DNA of 62,755 nt, counting the filler, from Craspedostauros australis (Eukaryota): the NCBI GenBank assembly GCA_030167865.1. It is 16 parts of 16 records of this genome, joined end to end, with 100 filler letters (N's around TTAATTAATTAA, not from the genome) between each part and the next. Parts side by side here need not be neighbours in the genome. Positions count along the whole stretch, not along the records: positions 1 to 4,250 come from JALAGF010005398.1; positions 4,351 to 8,180 come from JALAGF010005399.1; positions 8,281 to 10,083 come from JALAGF010005401.1; positions 10,184 to 12,278 come from JALAGF010005402.1; positions 12,379 to 13,887 come from JALAGF010005403.1; 11 more parts are not named here. One strand, written 5' to 3'. Made by a program: the position numbers and the translations under genes. The number at the start of each line of letters is the position of its first letter. Positions within the stretch are counted from its first letter, which is position 1. Positions 1-12,911 of the stretch are shown here, piece after piece. The notes under the pieces were generated by a model. The model searched no databases. It was given only the letters and a program-made list of their open reading frames with translations, and had not been told where the DNA came from.

Positions 1-19
1 ATCTACACGACATTTTTCT

Positions 20-138
20 TGTAACCAACTGTAACCAACTGTAACCAAAAAAATTGGTTACAGCCGGCTCTTTGAGGCACTAGTGCCTTCAAGAGCCGCC
101 TGTAGCCAAACAATTTGGCTACAGTTGGCTACAATTGG
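20..138. repeat. ~120 bp imperfect palindrome built from TGTARCCAAY 10-mers, centred on GGCACTAGTGCC
   Basis: The left arm has gtaaccaact repeats then ggctctttgaggcac. The right arm tagtgccttcaagagcc...ttggctacagttggctacaattgg is its near reverse complement. Confidence 0.8.
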
Positions 139-757
139 ATCACAAAAAACTGCTCTGTAGAATGTAGTACATTTTCTACGTAAATCCCGAACAAAAACAG
201 GCCAAAAACAGCATCAACCGTAGTCCAACTCTCCGCACTCAGCTCATGTGCGTGTTCCTGTACTCATCTTGATTCGATATCATTAAATGGCGTTTATATA
301 TACAATCCTACAGTTTGGTGGCTGTTGCTCTCTTGCTCGGTGAGCACTGATGTGATCCGCCAAGCACCCCCATCATTCACGGACGTTTTTTGGCTTCTGG
401 TTGGCCTGTTTTCTTGTTCTGATTGGTCCAAAGAAGTGTTCCAACCATCGCTGACGTCATGATGACGCAAGCATTGGAACCAGAATTCGCCAAACTTGCC
501 ACCGAAATCGGGGATCCGAGTGGTCAAATATCGTTCCGATCTCCATGGGAACACTAAACGCAAGCATACCAGCACACCATGGCAATCCAACAATGTATAG
601 ATCATACGGTTGTGACCGCTTCGGAGAGAGAATTCTAAAATGATACGCATTGTTGCGAATGAGCCAACGAATGCTCAGCGCGGAGACTTCAAAGATGGCG
701 AGTCGAATTTCTCGAAAAAAGAGGCCAGATCCTACCGGACTCCTGTAGAATCCTACT

Positions 758-797
758 TGTAGCCAATTGTAGCCAATTGTAGCCAATTGTAGCCAAT
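758..797. repeat. Tandem 10-mer (TGTAGCCAAT)x4
   Basis: Direct tandem repeat with the same unit as 20-138 and 1087-1114. Confidence 0.9.
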
Positions 798-1086
798 GAA
801 AACCCAGTCCGTCCTTCGTACGAAGGCACAACCACACCAAGGGGGTCAACAAACACAAAAAGATCGACGAGATGGTAGTAACAACATTATAATGTTATCA
901 CTTGCCTGGATAGNNNNNNNNNNNNNNNNNNNNNNNNNNNNNNNNNNNNNNNNNNNNNNNNNNAACATTATAATGTTATCACTTGCCTGGATAGCCCTGG
1001 CTCTTAAGTTTACGTAGATGTGAAGAGATGTTGGATTGAGTGTCTATTAAATGAAGGCGGAGTTTGGGAAAAACTGATCCAAAATC

Positions 1087-1156
1087 TGTAGCCAACTGTA
1101 GCCAATTGTAGCCAAAAATCGCCAATTTTTTGGTCTGGCTCTTGAAGGCACTAGTG
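1087..1156. repeat. Third TGTAGCCAAY array followed by GGCTCTTGAAGGCACTAGTG
   Basis: Reproduces one arm of the 20-138 palindrome. Confidence 0.8.
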
Positions 1157-1844
1157 TCGTCAGATACGACCAGGGACTTCTACCAACGCGCATTTTGCAT
1201 CCTTTGGAGATCCTGACTGCCGTATCGGAAGTCGTTGGTGGTCTCCAACCAACCCAACATGCAATCGCAATAGTTCTGTGTAGACTGCGTAAAGAGCTTC
1301 TATTGGACAACAAACTGCTGATCTATCTCCATGATACGGTGATCAAGAGGTCTCTGCCACCGACATTGACAACAGAGCCTTGAACAAGCCATGAATCATC
1401 AGGGACAAAATGCTTGCGCATATGTTACCGGACCTCTGTTAGTGGCAAAGTTGATACAGAAGAGATGGCAGCGAAACTCTCACTACAAGAAGCTCCTAAG
1501 AGGAGAAAGAGGGATGGGCGTTGCATGCAACTCAGAGCACACCCATTAACGATCCTACCATCCTTTGGTCTCAACAAGTGATGCGATAACCTGCAACGAA
1601 GCATTCAGATCATNNNNNNNNNNNNNNNNNNNNNNNNNNNNNNNNNNNNNNNNNNNNNNNNNNNNNNNNNNNNNNNNNNNNNNNNNNNNNNNNNNAGTCA
1701 CGAGTACCAATGTGAAATCCGAACGTGAGTGCCACATGTGACATGAACACAGGGGTGTGAATGTGAAATGCGATAGGCCTCTATTTTGTTGACTTTTGTT
1801 TGGTTTCTCTGTCGATGGAACGGCTGAAGGTCGGACTGTTTGTT

Positions 1845-2645
1845 TGTTGGAAATCCGGGGTTATAGTAGTAGACTAATCTGTTATCAGTCTGTACCGTTT
1901 TAGAACTGTGAGCACAACATGCTCATCTCNNNNNNNNNNNNNNNNNNNNNNNNNNNNNNNNNNNNNNNNNNNNNNNNNNNNNNNNNNNNNNNNNNNNNNN
2001 NNNNNNNNNNNNNNNNNNNNNNNNNNNNNNNNNNNNNNNNNNNNNNNNNNNNNNNNNNNNNNNNNNNACCTACATTCGTCAAGTTCATACTCGTAGACCT
2101 GTAGGTACCTCTCCTTTGGTCTCCTGTCACCTCACTGGTCCCACTTCATTTCAGTTCCTCCCTCCAGTCATCTCGATGGTTGCCTTTGGATGCTTGGAAC
2201 TTATTGTCGTCTGGATCGTGGTCTTGGGTGAATAGGGATCGCCTCTGTTTCGCTTTCTCACATTAGGTTCNNNNNNNNNNNNNNNNNNNNNNNNNNNNNN
2301 NNNNNNNNNNNNNNNNNNNNNNNNNNNNNNNNNNNNNNNNNNNNTCACTCAGGGCTGGTGTGTTGCCATCGTCATAGATCTCTCGGTTCCCGACCGTTAT
2401 CGGGACATGGCCGAGTAGGCCACTGGATAAGGGTGCTTGGATGTCACATAAGACAGGTAAGGCCATTGGGCTGTCCGAGTACAACTGGTCGATTGCTAGG
2501 TTGCGGTTTGTCTGGGAGATGCTATTGGGGGTTGCGGCAATNATGGGTATCTTTGCACTTAATACCATTTCGGTTCCAGTCAGTCCTCATGGGAGCTGCG
2601 GTAGAGTGTGGTATCTTTGCAAAGTCGTACCCCCGATTCCTGACA
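1845..2645 (-). repeat. 3' LTR of Copia family A (~800 bp including gaps)
   Basis: On the minus strand it starts TGTCAGGAATCGGGGGT right after the PPT and ends ...GGATTTCCAACA, a 13/17 imperfect terminal inverted repeat. Its end matches 23221-23290, upstream of a family A gag. Confidence 0.8.
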
Positions 2646-2740
2646 CCCTTCCATTGTCGCACCACCATACTCACTCACACATAAAATCGTCTCTCGTCTC
2701 ACTCCCTTGTCTCGCTATTGCACTCATCCTTTCTGTCTCG

Positions 2741-4250
2741 TTAATCCATGGTCGATCTCAACTGAATGATGCTCCCTTTGTGTCTATCGTAGATCTCCTT
2801 CTTTGTGTTCTTGGTGAAGCCGTCTGCGATGTTGTCCTCTGAGCGCACAAANNNNNNNNNNNNNNNNNNNNNNNNNNNNNNNNNNNNNNNNNNNNNNNNN
2901 NNNNNNNNNNNNNNNNNNNNNNNNNNNNNNNNNGACGGATTGGAGGCAATGAAGATAGCCCCCACATTGTCCACATACACATCCACTGGTTTGGTCATCG
3001 TCAAGCCGATGTCCTCCATTAGTTGCGTGAGGAAGCGAATCTCCTTTCCTGCCTCTGATAGGGCGACGTATTCCGCCTCTGTTGAGCTGAGAGTTACACT
3101 TCGTTGTGCCTTCGATCTCCATACGATGGGTACCCCTTGCAGTAGGACAAGATGTCCCCCGACACTGATTCGGTTATCCTTGTCTCCCGCAAACTCGCTG
3201 TCTGCGTAGATCTCGATCTTCCATGCGTTGTTCTCCAGCGGGGTTGGTTGCATTCGGAGTCCGTAGTCCCTCGTGTCCGATACGAACTTCATCACTCGCA
3301 GCATCTCCTTGTATGCTGCAGCTGATGGTCCGTCCAGCACCTTGGTAAGTTCGCGCACCGCATTCGCAATGTCTGGTCGCGAGTGCTTCACCAAGTATAG
3401 CAGCATACCTACTCCACTTTGGTATCTGCTGTGTCGGTCACTGTCCATTTTGGGTAGGTCGCTGTTTCTCTGGATACCCTGTCCTGGTGTTCCTGGGGTT
3501 CCGTATCGTTGTAGAGTCAGCACGTCATCCTTGAATGTATCGATGATATTCTTGATGATGTGTGGCTGGTTCACCCAGCAATTCGACTGGTCGTTGTTGA
3601 AGATGATGTTGCAGCTGAGGTAGTCTTCTAGGTCATTCTCCACCTTGATTCCGAATTGCTCAGCCTTAATGTCGATCGTCAGTTGCTTCAACTCCTCCTT
3701 TTCTCTGATGCATAGGCAGTCGTCAACGTAGGTCCCTATTAGCAGTAGTCTCCCTTCCTGATTCCGAATCAGAAGGCATGGATCCACTTTGCTCTGTCGA
3801 AATCCCAGCTTGAGTAGAATGTCGACCAGCTTTTTGTTCCATTGTCTGGCGCTCTGCACTAATCCNTAGATGGTCTTCTTGAGCAGCAAGCATTCGTCGG
3901 CCTCATGCCTCATGCCCTTTGGGCATTGCATGTAGATCTCTTCATCGAGTTCTCCATGCAAGAATGCTGTCTCAAAGTCGATGATGATACTATCCATGTG
4001 CAGCAGCATCTTCATAGTGAGCATGATGCGGTAGGTTGCATCATGAATCACTGGTGCGTGGTGTGCTGAGAAGTCCACTCCTGCGATCTGTGAGTAGCCG
4101 CAGGCGACGAGTCTGGCCTGGAAGACTCCGTTCCTCTTCTCCTTGAATACCCACTTGGTCTTCACGCATCGCCGATCTCTCGGCATTTGGTTCCTCTTGA
4201 TCTTCTCCCATACTCCTCTTCTGGTCATATCGTTGAACTCCTTATTGATG
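2741..4250 (-). CDS. Copia pol C-terminus: reverse transcriptase + RNase H (5' partial)
   Basis: Motifs KWVFKEK, ARLVACGYSQ, DFETAFLHG, GLVQSARQW, YVDD, SRPDIA, YADSEFAGD, SSTEAEY, NIADGFTK. Confidence 0.95.
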
Positions 4251-4350
4251 NNNNNNNNNNNNNNNNNNNNNNNNNNNNNNNNNNNNNNNNNNNNTTAATT
4301 AATTAANNNNNNNNNNNNNNNNNNNNNNNNNNNNNNNNNNNNNNNNNNNN
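4251..4350. other. Artificial scaffold linker (44 N + TTAATTAATTAA + 44 N), first of 15
   Basis: The same six-frame-stop 12-mer in N runs starts at 4295, 8225, 10128, 12323, 13932, 18476, 23593, 24902, 32523, 36369, 38520, 40504, 50412, 55992 and 57340. Confidence 0.98.
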
Positions 4351-4399
4351 AGAAACGCTGGCCAGGATCTCTTCGCACGAAGTCACGAGGTTCACTTAC

Positions 4400-6950
4400 T
4401 GTGGTTGCCGGTGTCTGCGGGCTTGACGCCCCAAATGATGTAAGCGACGCTGCCTTCTGCCCTATCGAGCTGATCGTATAGAAGCTCCTGTCGCCAGGAG
4501 TACGCCTGCTCAAACTCGACGTCATCTCCCAGAACGCGGACATCCGAAGAGGTTGGGAGGTCCAGCTGTGCTGCGAAGATGGCGGTCACCACAAGCGCAA
4601 TCATGGAGAGCGCGAAGATCGGCCACTTTCCACGCTTCAGGATGTGGAACAGCCCCAGCAGGGCTCGTCGAATGAGGGATGAATCTTCATGTTCATGTTC
4701 GCCATGGTCAACAGCATCGTTGTTGGAATCGTGAAGGCTGTCGCCGTTGCGCTCTGCCTTGTCCTCACGTTGCGAGGAGGTCTCTGGGTCCGCTTCGTTG
4801 TCGTTGTCCCCACCGTTCTTGCGGCAGCACAGGTTGCAGCAATGATTGGAGTGAATGCAGCAATGGACCTGATCGCCCTTCTCTTGGATAGCGATGTCAT
4901 ACATGCAGAGGGCTGGGAAAACCAGTAGCACGTTGAGGAAGTAATCGAGGAGGACGAGGAGACCGCAGAAGATCGCGAACATCTTGACTGGCGCGACGGG
5001 GCAGATGGCGGTGGCGAAGAAGGCGACTGCGGTGGTGACCGTGGTGAGGAACATCGCAGACGCAGCATCTGGNAGCGCCATAGCCGCAATGTCTTCGGTG
5101 GATACGTTGGGGTGATCCAGGCGGGNATTCTTCCACTTGTCCATGGCAACGAAGACCTGTGTGCGTGCGTGTGCATGCGTGTGCATGCGTGTGCGTGCGT
5201 GTGTTCCATTTATACGCGTTGAGAGTATTGTTGCGTGGCATGCAAATATGGCACGACGGCATGGCGGTATGGCGATGGTGTGGGTAGATCCAATGGCGGT
5301 AGAGCGGTGACATGGAATGAACAGAACAGCATATGCGATTGGTTAGATACAAGATTGTGTGAGCTCTCAGTGCATATGCAATTTCTTGGCTCCTTCATCG
5401 TGCGTCCATGACACGAGTATGAGGCCATGTAGTACTTACGTCGTCAGCACCAAGTCCGAAGATGACGAACATGCCGAGGAAATTCAAGAATGGGAAGAAC
5501 TCCAGCCCAAGGATCAGGCTGTAGACGAAGAAGGACAGTGGGAAGCTGAACATGATCTGCACCAGGCCAATCAATGTGATGAAGGGACTGCGGGTGTGGA
5601 CCATGATGGCGATGGCGACGATCACAGCCGATGCCATGGCCAAGGCCATATCGGATGTCAGCGCGCCATCAGCGTAAAGGTCGACAAAATCCTCCTTCTG
5701 GGTGTCGTACACCCCACTCACGCCGCCACTGCCGTCGGCGTACTTGTCCACATCGTCGAACATGTCCTCGAGGGTATCATCGTCGCTGTAGGTGGCAAAG
5801 ATGGAGGAGGTGTAAGACACCACGCCAGTCTCGTCGTAGTCGAAGTTCACCATGGCGGAGGAGAAATGGTCANNNNNNNNNNNNNNNNNNNNNNNNNNNN
5901 NNNNNNNNNNNNNNNNNNNNNNNNNNNNNNNNNNNNNNNNNNNNNNNNNNNNNNNNNNNNNNNNNNNNNNNNNNNNNNNNNNNNNNNNNNNNNNNNNNNN
6001 NNNNNNNNNNNNNNCGTCTTGGCCTCGTATGGCCCCCATGCATCTCGAAGGGCTGCGCAGGACATGGAGAGACCGTCGTCGGAGGTCAGGGCGAGTCGGG
6101 CGTAGAGCACGATGGACAAGGGTGGGAGACATCCTTCATCGCATCCAAAGCAGTGGCCTTTCTCCTCCAAAATGCTCTGGGTGTCCTCCTCAGCAACGCA
6201 AAGTTCGTAGATGATATCTGCATCAAGGGCTGACTTGGAGCTCTTGACCTCCCAGATGGGCCAGAGGCGGGATGAGTTGGTCATCGATTCCGAATTGTAC
6301 CATCCGAAGTCGCAGCCTGGCATGAGATGGCTTTTCTCCTCGAGGCGACGGCGAAGGTCGCTTGTCATGGTGAAGGGCATCGTGCGAGTGCGGTGGTAGC
6401 CATGTCCGAGAGCGTTGCTACCAACGCTGGTGGAAGCCTGAGAGAGGAAGGATGAAATGGGAATTGAGCCAAAGGATGATGCCAGTCGACGGTTGCTGCT
6501 ATCTCCGGTGTTTGTCTTCCTCTTGTTGTCGTTACTGTCATCGCTTTCAGCATCATATCCTGGTTGGATGTTGTTGATGAGATCGGTCCATGCCGCCTCT
6601 CCTCCGTCGTAGATGTACTCTCGGTTCATCTCGACGAGCAGCACTTGCGCACTGCGATCAGCGATGGAGGTTCCACGCGATTGCCATCCACCGGTCTCAG
6701 CGCCGACGCTGAACTTGCCGGCGACCATGCCGATGACGGAGAGCACCAGCGAAGCGGCGAGACCCCAAAGAAGGTAGCTTCGCGGCCTGCTGGCGACTCG
6801 TCGTGCCACACGTTGCCAGATCTTCTCGTTGCTGTTGTCGTTGTCGTCGTTGTCGTCGTTCTTGTTGTTGTTGTCACCATCCTCTCCGTAAGCCGTTTCT
6901 TCGTTGGAAACGACAGGCGGATCAGCCTGGACTTCGACACCGTGGATCAT
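4400..6950 (-). CDS. Dispatched/Patched-family RND transporter with sterol-sensing domain; exons 6950-5440 and 5156-4400, 3' partial
   Basis: Splicing the GTAAGT...CACAG intron 5439-5157 restores GLGADD|VFVAMDKWK (GxxxDD motif). Also FLTTVTTAVAFFA and multiple TM helices. The next GTAAGT donor is at 4399. An N gap at 5873-6014 breaks the frame. Confidence 0.88.
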
Positions 6951-7591
6951 GACGGTGGGTCTTCTTGGTTGTTTCTTGGAGTTGGGTTTGGGTTGGGTTT
7001 GGGTTCAACTTTGGAGCCTGAATGTTTTTGTGAGATCTGGATGTGAGGATCCTCTCTTCAGACATACCACCACGAGTCTGAGTGTGAGCCTGAGCGTGAG
7101 TATGCGTTCTTGTCGGTACTGATGCAAGTACCTGCGCTGAGTGCTTGGTGTGCATGATGATCCGGCTTGGTGCAGCTTGTGCTCCACTATGCGCGACGCA
7201 GGTTCGTGCACATTTCCTCAGACAGATCCTCTTCACCCAGGAGCAAGACTCCATGACCGGCAAACAGATCTTCCATCTGCCTCCTACGCCACCCACAGCG
7301 CACGGTGGAGGGGCCCAGATGGTCTCTCTCCCTCTCTCTCTCTCCTCAAGGATCAAAGAAGAATAATCATGACAGATGTATGGATATGCAACGATCCGGC
7401 TGCACAGGGGTCAAGGTAGCGAATGCGCCATGTCTTCGCGGTTGCCATCTTCGTCGTCACCATCTCGTCCCTAACAGCATGCTGGTCCGGACACAACGCA
7501 ACAGGACACAACGAGAACGCCAGTGGGAACAAGAAAGCAGAGAATGAGCTCTGATGGATGTTCCTTGTGCTATCGCTCAAAACTTGATCAC

Positions 7592-7680
7592 CAAAGTGGA
7601 GGCGCAGATGAACATCAAAGTGTAGGCGCAGATGGGTACCAAAGTACAGGCGCAGACGGCACTAAAGTACAGGCGCAGAT
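7592..7680. repeat. Minisatellite, ~24 bp unit x4 (core AAAGTnnAGGCGCAGA)
   Basis: Units start at 7592, 7616, 7640 and 7663. Confidence 0.85.
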
Positions 7681-8281
7681 CAACAAGGATGATTCCGACG
7701 AGCACGACTTGCTTCGCATTTTACATCGAAAGCGAACTGTTGACAAAAATTAACCACGACATCAACATCAACATCATCGTCGACATTCTCGCCTCTTCCG
7801 ATTTCAACTCCGGCAACCGGTTCTCATCGCTATCTAATGCACGTTGGTGGACATGAAAGTGTGCGGGACTCACAAGCAGTTCGCCATGTCGTTTACCCCG
7901 ATTGTGCGTCACATAGATCGTACGTCCTCCTACGAAGATTTTCGCGTCTCACAACACACGGGATGGGGTCATGCGCCTTGAGGTGCAGACACTTTTTGTC
8001 TCTGCCCACCACGTTGGCCATCTCATTGGATATACGCGACGTTCGAGATTGGTTGGCGCTCCATCAGCATTCCAACGCCTGGCACAGAACCGACAGGTAT
8101 CGTCTCGGAGATCTGCAGATCTTGGAGGCGGCAAACTCCGAGCGACGTGGAGGCAAATCCCTGTGAAATTCGTGGGTACANNNNNNNNNNNNNNNNNNNN
8201 NNNNNNNNNNNNNNNNNNNNNNNNTTAATTAATTAANNNNNNNNNNNNNNNNNNNNNNNNNNNNNNNNNNNNNNNNNNNNG

Positions 8282-10083
8282 ACTCCACCACGAGAAGAGA
8301 AGGAAGCAGCCGCGGCTACTGTCCTATCAGGCGCAGACGCAAGCGCGATTGACGAGACCGAAGAAGAACGGTCAGCAAGACTACATCGTAAAGAGAAGAG
8401 GATTCTCCAGGCGATCAAGCAAGAGGAGACTGGTGTGACGAAGAGCATTCGCACAGCCAAACAGGGTGGGAAAAGTGAGATACCACCAGGAGGAGAATTT
8501 GTGAGCAAATCAGTCCTCGCGAAACAACAAGCGAAAATCGAAGAATCGACAACACAGAAACAAACGGAAATCAAGGGCGCGAGCGCACCAACGACGAAAC
8601 AACGAATTAACATGGCGACATCAGCCAACATGAACAAGCGACGCATCAAGGCGCCGATATTCAGTGGTGAACAGGAAGACTACAGCGCATGGGAGTCCCA
8701 AGCGAAGGCATACGCTCGTACACAGAAGACGAAGGACGTGATGTTAGGCAAGACCAAGGTGCCAACGATGAAGGAGATCGCGACAGCCGCCGATGAAGAC
8801 AAGGAAGCGATGGAGGAGATCTACGAACTGGGATGCGACTGTTTCAGCGATCTGATCCTCATGATGGATGCAGAGAAAGGAAAAGGGAAGCAGGCCATCC
8901 AGTACATCAATCAATGCATCTCCGACGACTACCCTGAGGGAGACGCACACGCAGCATGGAAGGTTCTCGCGGAGAAGTTCCGACCATCCGATGCGGTGAC
9001 GAAGATCAAACTCAAGCGCCAATTCAACAACGAAAAGATGAAGAGAGACACGGACCCCGATGTTTACATCACGCAACTCGAGAGCCTACGATCGCGTCTC
9101 CACGATGTCAAATACGAGATCACGGACGAGGAAATGATCATGCAGATTCTCAGCACAGTGAGCGTGGAATACAAAACCCACGTTGTGAACTTCCAACACC
9201 AACTCACGTTCAATCCGGAACTGGTTACCATCAACACAATCAGAGGAGTACTCCGCACTGCATACGCCACGCACAGAGGAGGCAAAGCATACGTCGACGA
9301 CTTCCAAGACAGTAACACGAAGNNNNNNNNNNNNNNNNNNNNNNNNNNNNNNNNNNNNNNNNNNNNNNNNNNNNNNNNNNNNNNNNNNNNNCATAGATCC
9401 GCCGATTGCCCAGAACGCAAGAAATCGAACAACAAGAAAAACAACAACAACAACAACAAAATGAACGGAAAGCGCAACAAGACAACCGGCTTCAAGGGCA
9501 AGTGCAACTACTGCGGCATCTTCNNNNNNNNNNNNNNNNNNNNNNNNNNNNNNNNNNNNNNNNNNNNNNNNNNAACGCGGCTACGGAAGGACACGACAAG
9601 AGCGGGCACGAGATGGTACTCTCTGCGAAGGACATGCCGCTCTGCATGTTGGTGTCCAACGACTACATCGAAGACTCCTTCTTCGATAACTTCGAATACG
9701 TCGGGAGTGACGACGAAGTGCGGGATGATGAGATCATCCCGGAGTGGCTCAGCGAGGAGCCAATCATCCACGAGGTGGACCCAAGACGCGAAGTGAGCTA
9801 CGAATGCTGCTTCAACGCGCACGACCTGATCGGTTCATACAGCGACGAAGCTGAGATGGACGAGGCCAACGATAGCGACATCGAAGAGGCCATGAGCGAT
9901 GACGACGATGACGCCGACGAGGACGGCGCAGATGAAGACGATGAGGCGGACCGCGGCGCGGCGCCTCCTCCCCCAGCGGCGGGGAACAACAGATCGGGTA
10001 TCTTCGACGAGGATGACAGCGACGAATCCGAGGACGGCAATCATCCAGACGACAGCTTCAATCCAAACGAGCGTGTCGTCTAC
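8282..10083 (+). mobile_element. Copia family B gag fragment (UBN2-type capsid, two CCHC knuckle remnants, acidic linker)
   Basis: PIFSGEQEDYSAW, GDAHAAWKVLAEKF, DPDVYITQLE, HRSADC, FKGKCNYCG. The frame is open from the scaffold start; a possible ATG is at 8612. Confidence 0.88.
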
Positions 10084-10183
10084 NNNNNNNNNNNNNNNNN
10101 NNNNNNNNNNNNNNNNNNNNNNNNNNNTTAATTAATTAANNNNNNNNNNNNNNNNNNNNNNNNNNNNNNNNNNNNNNNNNNNN

Positions 10184-12278
10184 GAGTGGAAAAGGATAGT
10201 CGGCTCTTAAGTTGCGAGTAGAGGCATCATTGGCGGCGCGGATAGCAGACCGAGGCAGGAGTTGTTGCGTTGCATCGTCGAGCACCCAAAACGTGAGGTC
10301 GTCGCCCTTGTGGAGACACGGACCAGCCCAGTGTCCGCGGCGCTCCTTGGACTCACTCGGGAAGCCAGGACGTTCCACACGGTAGTAGACCGGTTGCCAC
10401 CAGTAGTACGCAAGGTACTTGCTGACATCCGGACGCTGCCCGAAGGCAGCCTGTGACGGGGTCACATTACCACACGTGCGCTGCGCGANNTGATTGAACA
10501 AGTCAATGACGTACATNGTGCAGATGAGCCAGAACCGCGACGGGGTACCCGTGCGATCCATGACGCCGTTCACAGTACGCTTGATGTCCTGTATGCGGCG
10601 CTCAGCTCCGTTCTGGTGTTGGTGCTCGGGTTCACTCTGGTGATCCTTGATTGCGTATTGACGCAGGATGTCTTGTACCTTGAATCCCACCTCTGATTTC
10701 GCGTTGTCCGACATTAGTAGGTCGGGCGCTCCATGCCGACGAATGAAATCGAGCAAGGAGTCCGCGACCTGCCGCTCGGACGCCATCGGGAACCCCGATG
10801 TGTACCGAGAGTCGAGCGCAACGAACACCTGGATCATGGTGCAGCCACCATGGCCAGGGACACNNNNNNNNNNNNNNNNNNNNNNNNNNNNNNNNNNNNN
10901 NNNNNNNNNNNNNNNNNNNNNNNNNNNNNNNNNNNNNNNNNNNNNNNNNNNNNNNNNNNNNNNNNNNNNNNNNNNNCGTTCCGAAGTGCGGTACCACTGG
11001 GAAGTGCAACCGAGAGTGTCCTTGATCCGACGAGCAGGGATCCAGCCGAAGTGTGGACGCAGTGCCTCATAGTCGATGGGCGAGTTGTGAACACGAACGG
11101 AACCGGAATTGCCAGCGGACCCGGAATACGGGACTGTCCCGCGGGCCTCATCCGTCGATGCCGCATATACATGCAGGCGATCGAGGTCGGCGAGCGCGGA
11201 ATCATCATCATCATCGNNNNNNNNNNNNNNNNNNNNNNNNNNNNNNNNNNNNNNNNNNNNNNNNNNGAGCGCAACGAACACCTGGATCATGGTGCAGCCA
11301 CCATGGCCAGGGACACCGTCATCATGAGCGGGTGTATCAGAGAAGAAAGTATCCATCGCGACCGTCTCATGAAGACGATCAACGTTGGCCGCCGGAAAAC
11401 GAGTGCGGAAATGCTTGCGCATCGCGAAACGTTCCGAAGTGCGGTACCACTGGGAAGTGCAACCGAGAGTGTCCTTGATCCGACGAGCAGGGATCCAGCC
11501 GAAGTGTGGACGCAGTGCCTCATAGTCGATGGGCGAGTTGNGAACACGAACGGAACCGGAATTGCCAGCGGACCCNGAATNCGGNACTGTCCCGCGGGCC
11601 TCATCCGTCGATGCCGCATANACATGCAGGCGATCGAGGTCGGCGAGCGCGGAATCATCATCATCATCGTCCGCGAGAGCGCGGACATCATCAAGACCGA
11701 ACTCCTGATCGAGGATGGAAGGGTCCCAGATGTCATCGGACGTGAAGTCCACATGAGGGTACTGATCCATCTCAGCAGGGGTCGGTGGACGCATATCCAT
11801 GTAGGACAGGCCAGCACGGATAGACAGCGGGATGACGTGCCCCTCAGGCGTGACGACAGTTTGCCGACCGCCAGGGAGTCCACNNNNNNNNNNNNNNNNN
11901 NNNNNNNNNNNNNNNNNNNNNNNNNNNNNNNNNNNNNNNNNNNNNNNNNNNNNNNNNNNNNNNNNNNNNNNNNNNNNNNNNNNNNNNNNNNNNNNNNNNN
12001 NNNNNNNNNNNNNNNNNNNNNNNNNNNNNNNNNNNNNNNNNNNNNNNNNNNNNNNNNNNNNNNNNNNNNNNNNNNNNNNNNNNGTCTTGCACAGGACCAG
12101 AACGTCGTCGCCAGCAAGGCCGCCATTGGCGCCACTGTCGACGAGTGCACCCGTCTTCGCCGCCACCGAGGTCTCGAAGTTGTATCGGACCACGGTGGAG
12201 TTGACACGTCGCCATGCGCCACCCTCAGAATCGACGAAGTCAGCGGTCGATTGACTGGACTGACGCGCCTGGGCGAGC
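10184..12278 (-). mobile_element. Diatom CoDi-I-type Copia pol fragment (protease + integrase), family D
   Basis: Protease LVDSGANGGLAG. Integrase LRPHFGW, VAMDTFFS, LMSDNAK, SEPEHQHQNGAERRIQ. Contains gap-flanking duplicates. Confidence 0.9.
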
Positions 12279-12378
12279 NNNNNNNNNNNNNNNNNNNNNN
12301 NNNNNNNNNNNNNNNNNNNNNNTTAATTAATTAANNNNNNNNNNNNNNNNNNNNNNNNNNNNNNNNNNNNNNNNNNNN

Positions 12379-12577
12379 AGACATGCAAGCAGACATGCAA
12401 GCAGACATGCAAGCAGACATGCAAGCAGACATGCAAGCAGACATGCAAGCCAACATGCAAGCAGATATGCAAGCCAACATGCAAGCCAACATGCAAGCCA
12501 ACATGCAAGCCAACATGCAAGCCAACATGCAAGCCAACATGCAAGCCAACGTGCAAGCAGACGTGCAAGCAGACATG
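12379..12577 (+). repeat. Coding 12-bp tandem repeat ATGCAAGC(AGAC/CAAC), at least 16 units; also at 14786-15059
   Basis: Direct tandem repeat encoding MQAD/MQAN/VQAD. Confidence 0.95.
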
Positions 12578-12849
12578 CTGGCTGAAACGCAAATGGAATT
12601 GCAAAGGGTTTTGCAACTGTTGCAAACTCAAACACCAGGAGTTCAAGGCAACCCTGATGAAAACACAAGGAATCAAGTCTATGTTCCAGTTGCAGAGGTC
12701 GTCCCTGAAAATGATGATAATCCTGAACCATATTCTCGGAGGGCAGGATGGAGCTGGAAAGGTATTGTTACTGTGGTGTTACTAGTCGCCGGTGTAGCTG
12801 GTGCCATTGCAGCAGGCTTAGTGTTTCTCCAAAGTGACGTGAGCAGCAG

Positions 12850-12911
<62 letters not shown>

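Larger units (their letters stand above)
1845..4250 (-). mobile_element. Ty1/Copia LTR retrotransposon family A, 3' part (RT-RNaseH, PPT, 3' LTR)
   Basis: RT/RNaseH ORF, then a minus-strand purine tract GGAAGGG (2652-2646), then a TG...CA-bounded LTR. Confidence 0.93.
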
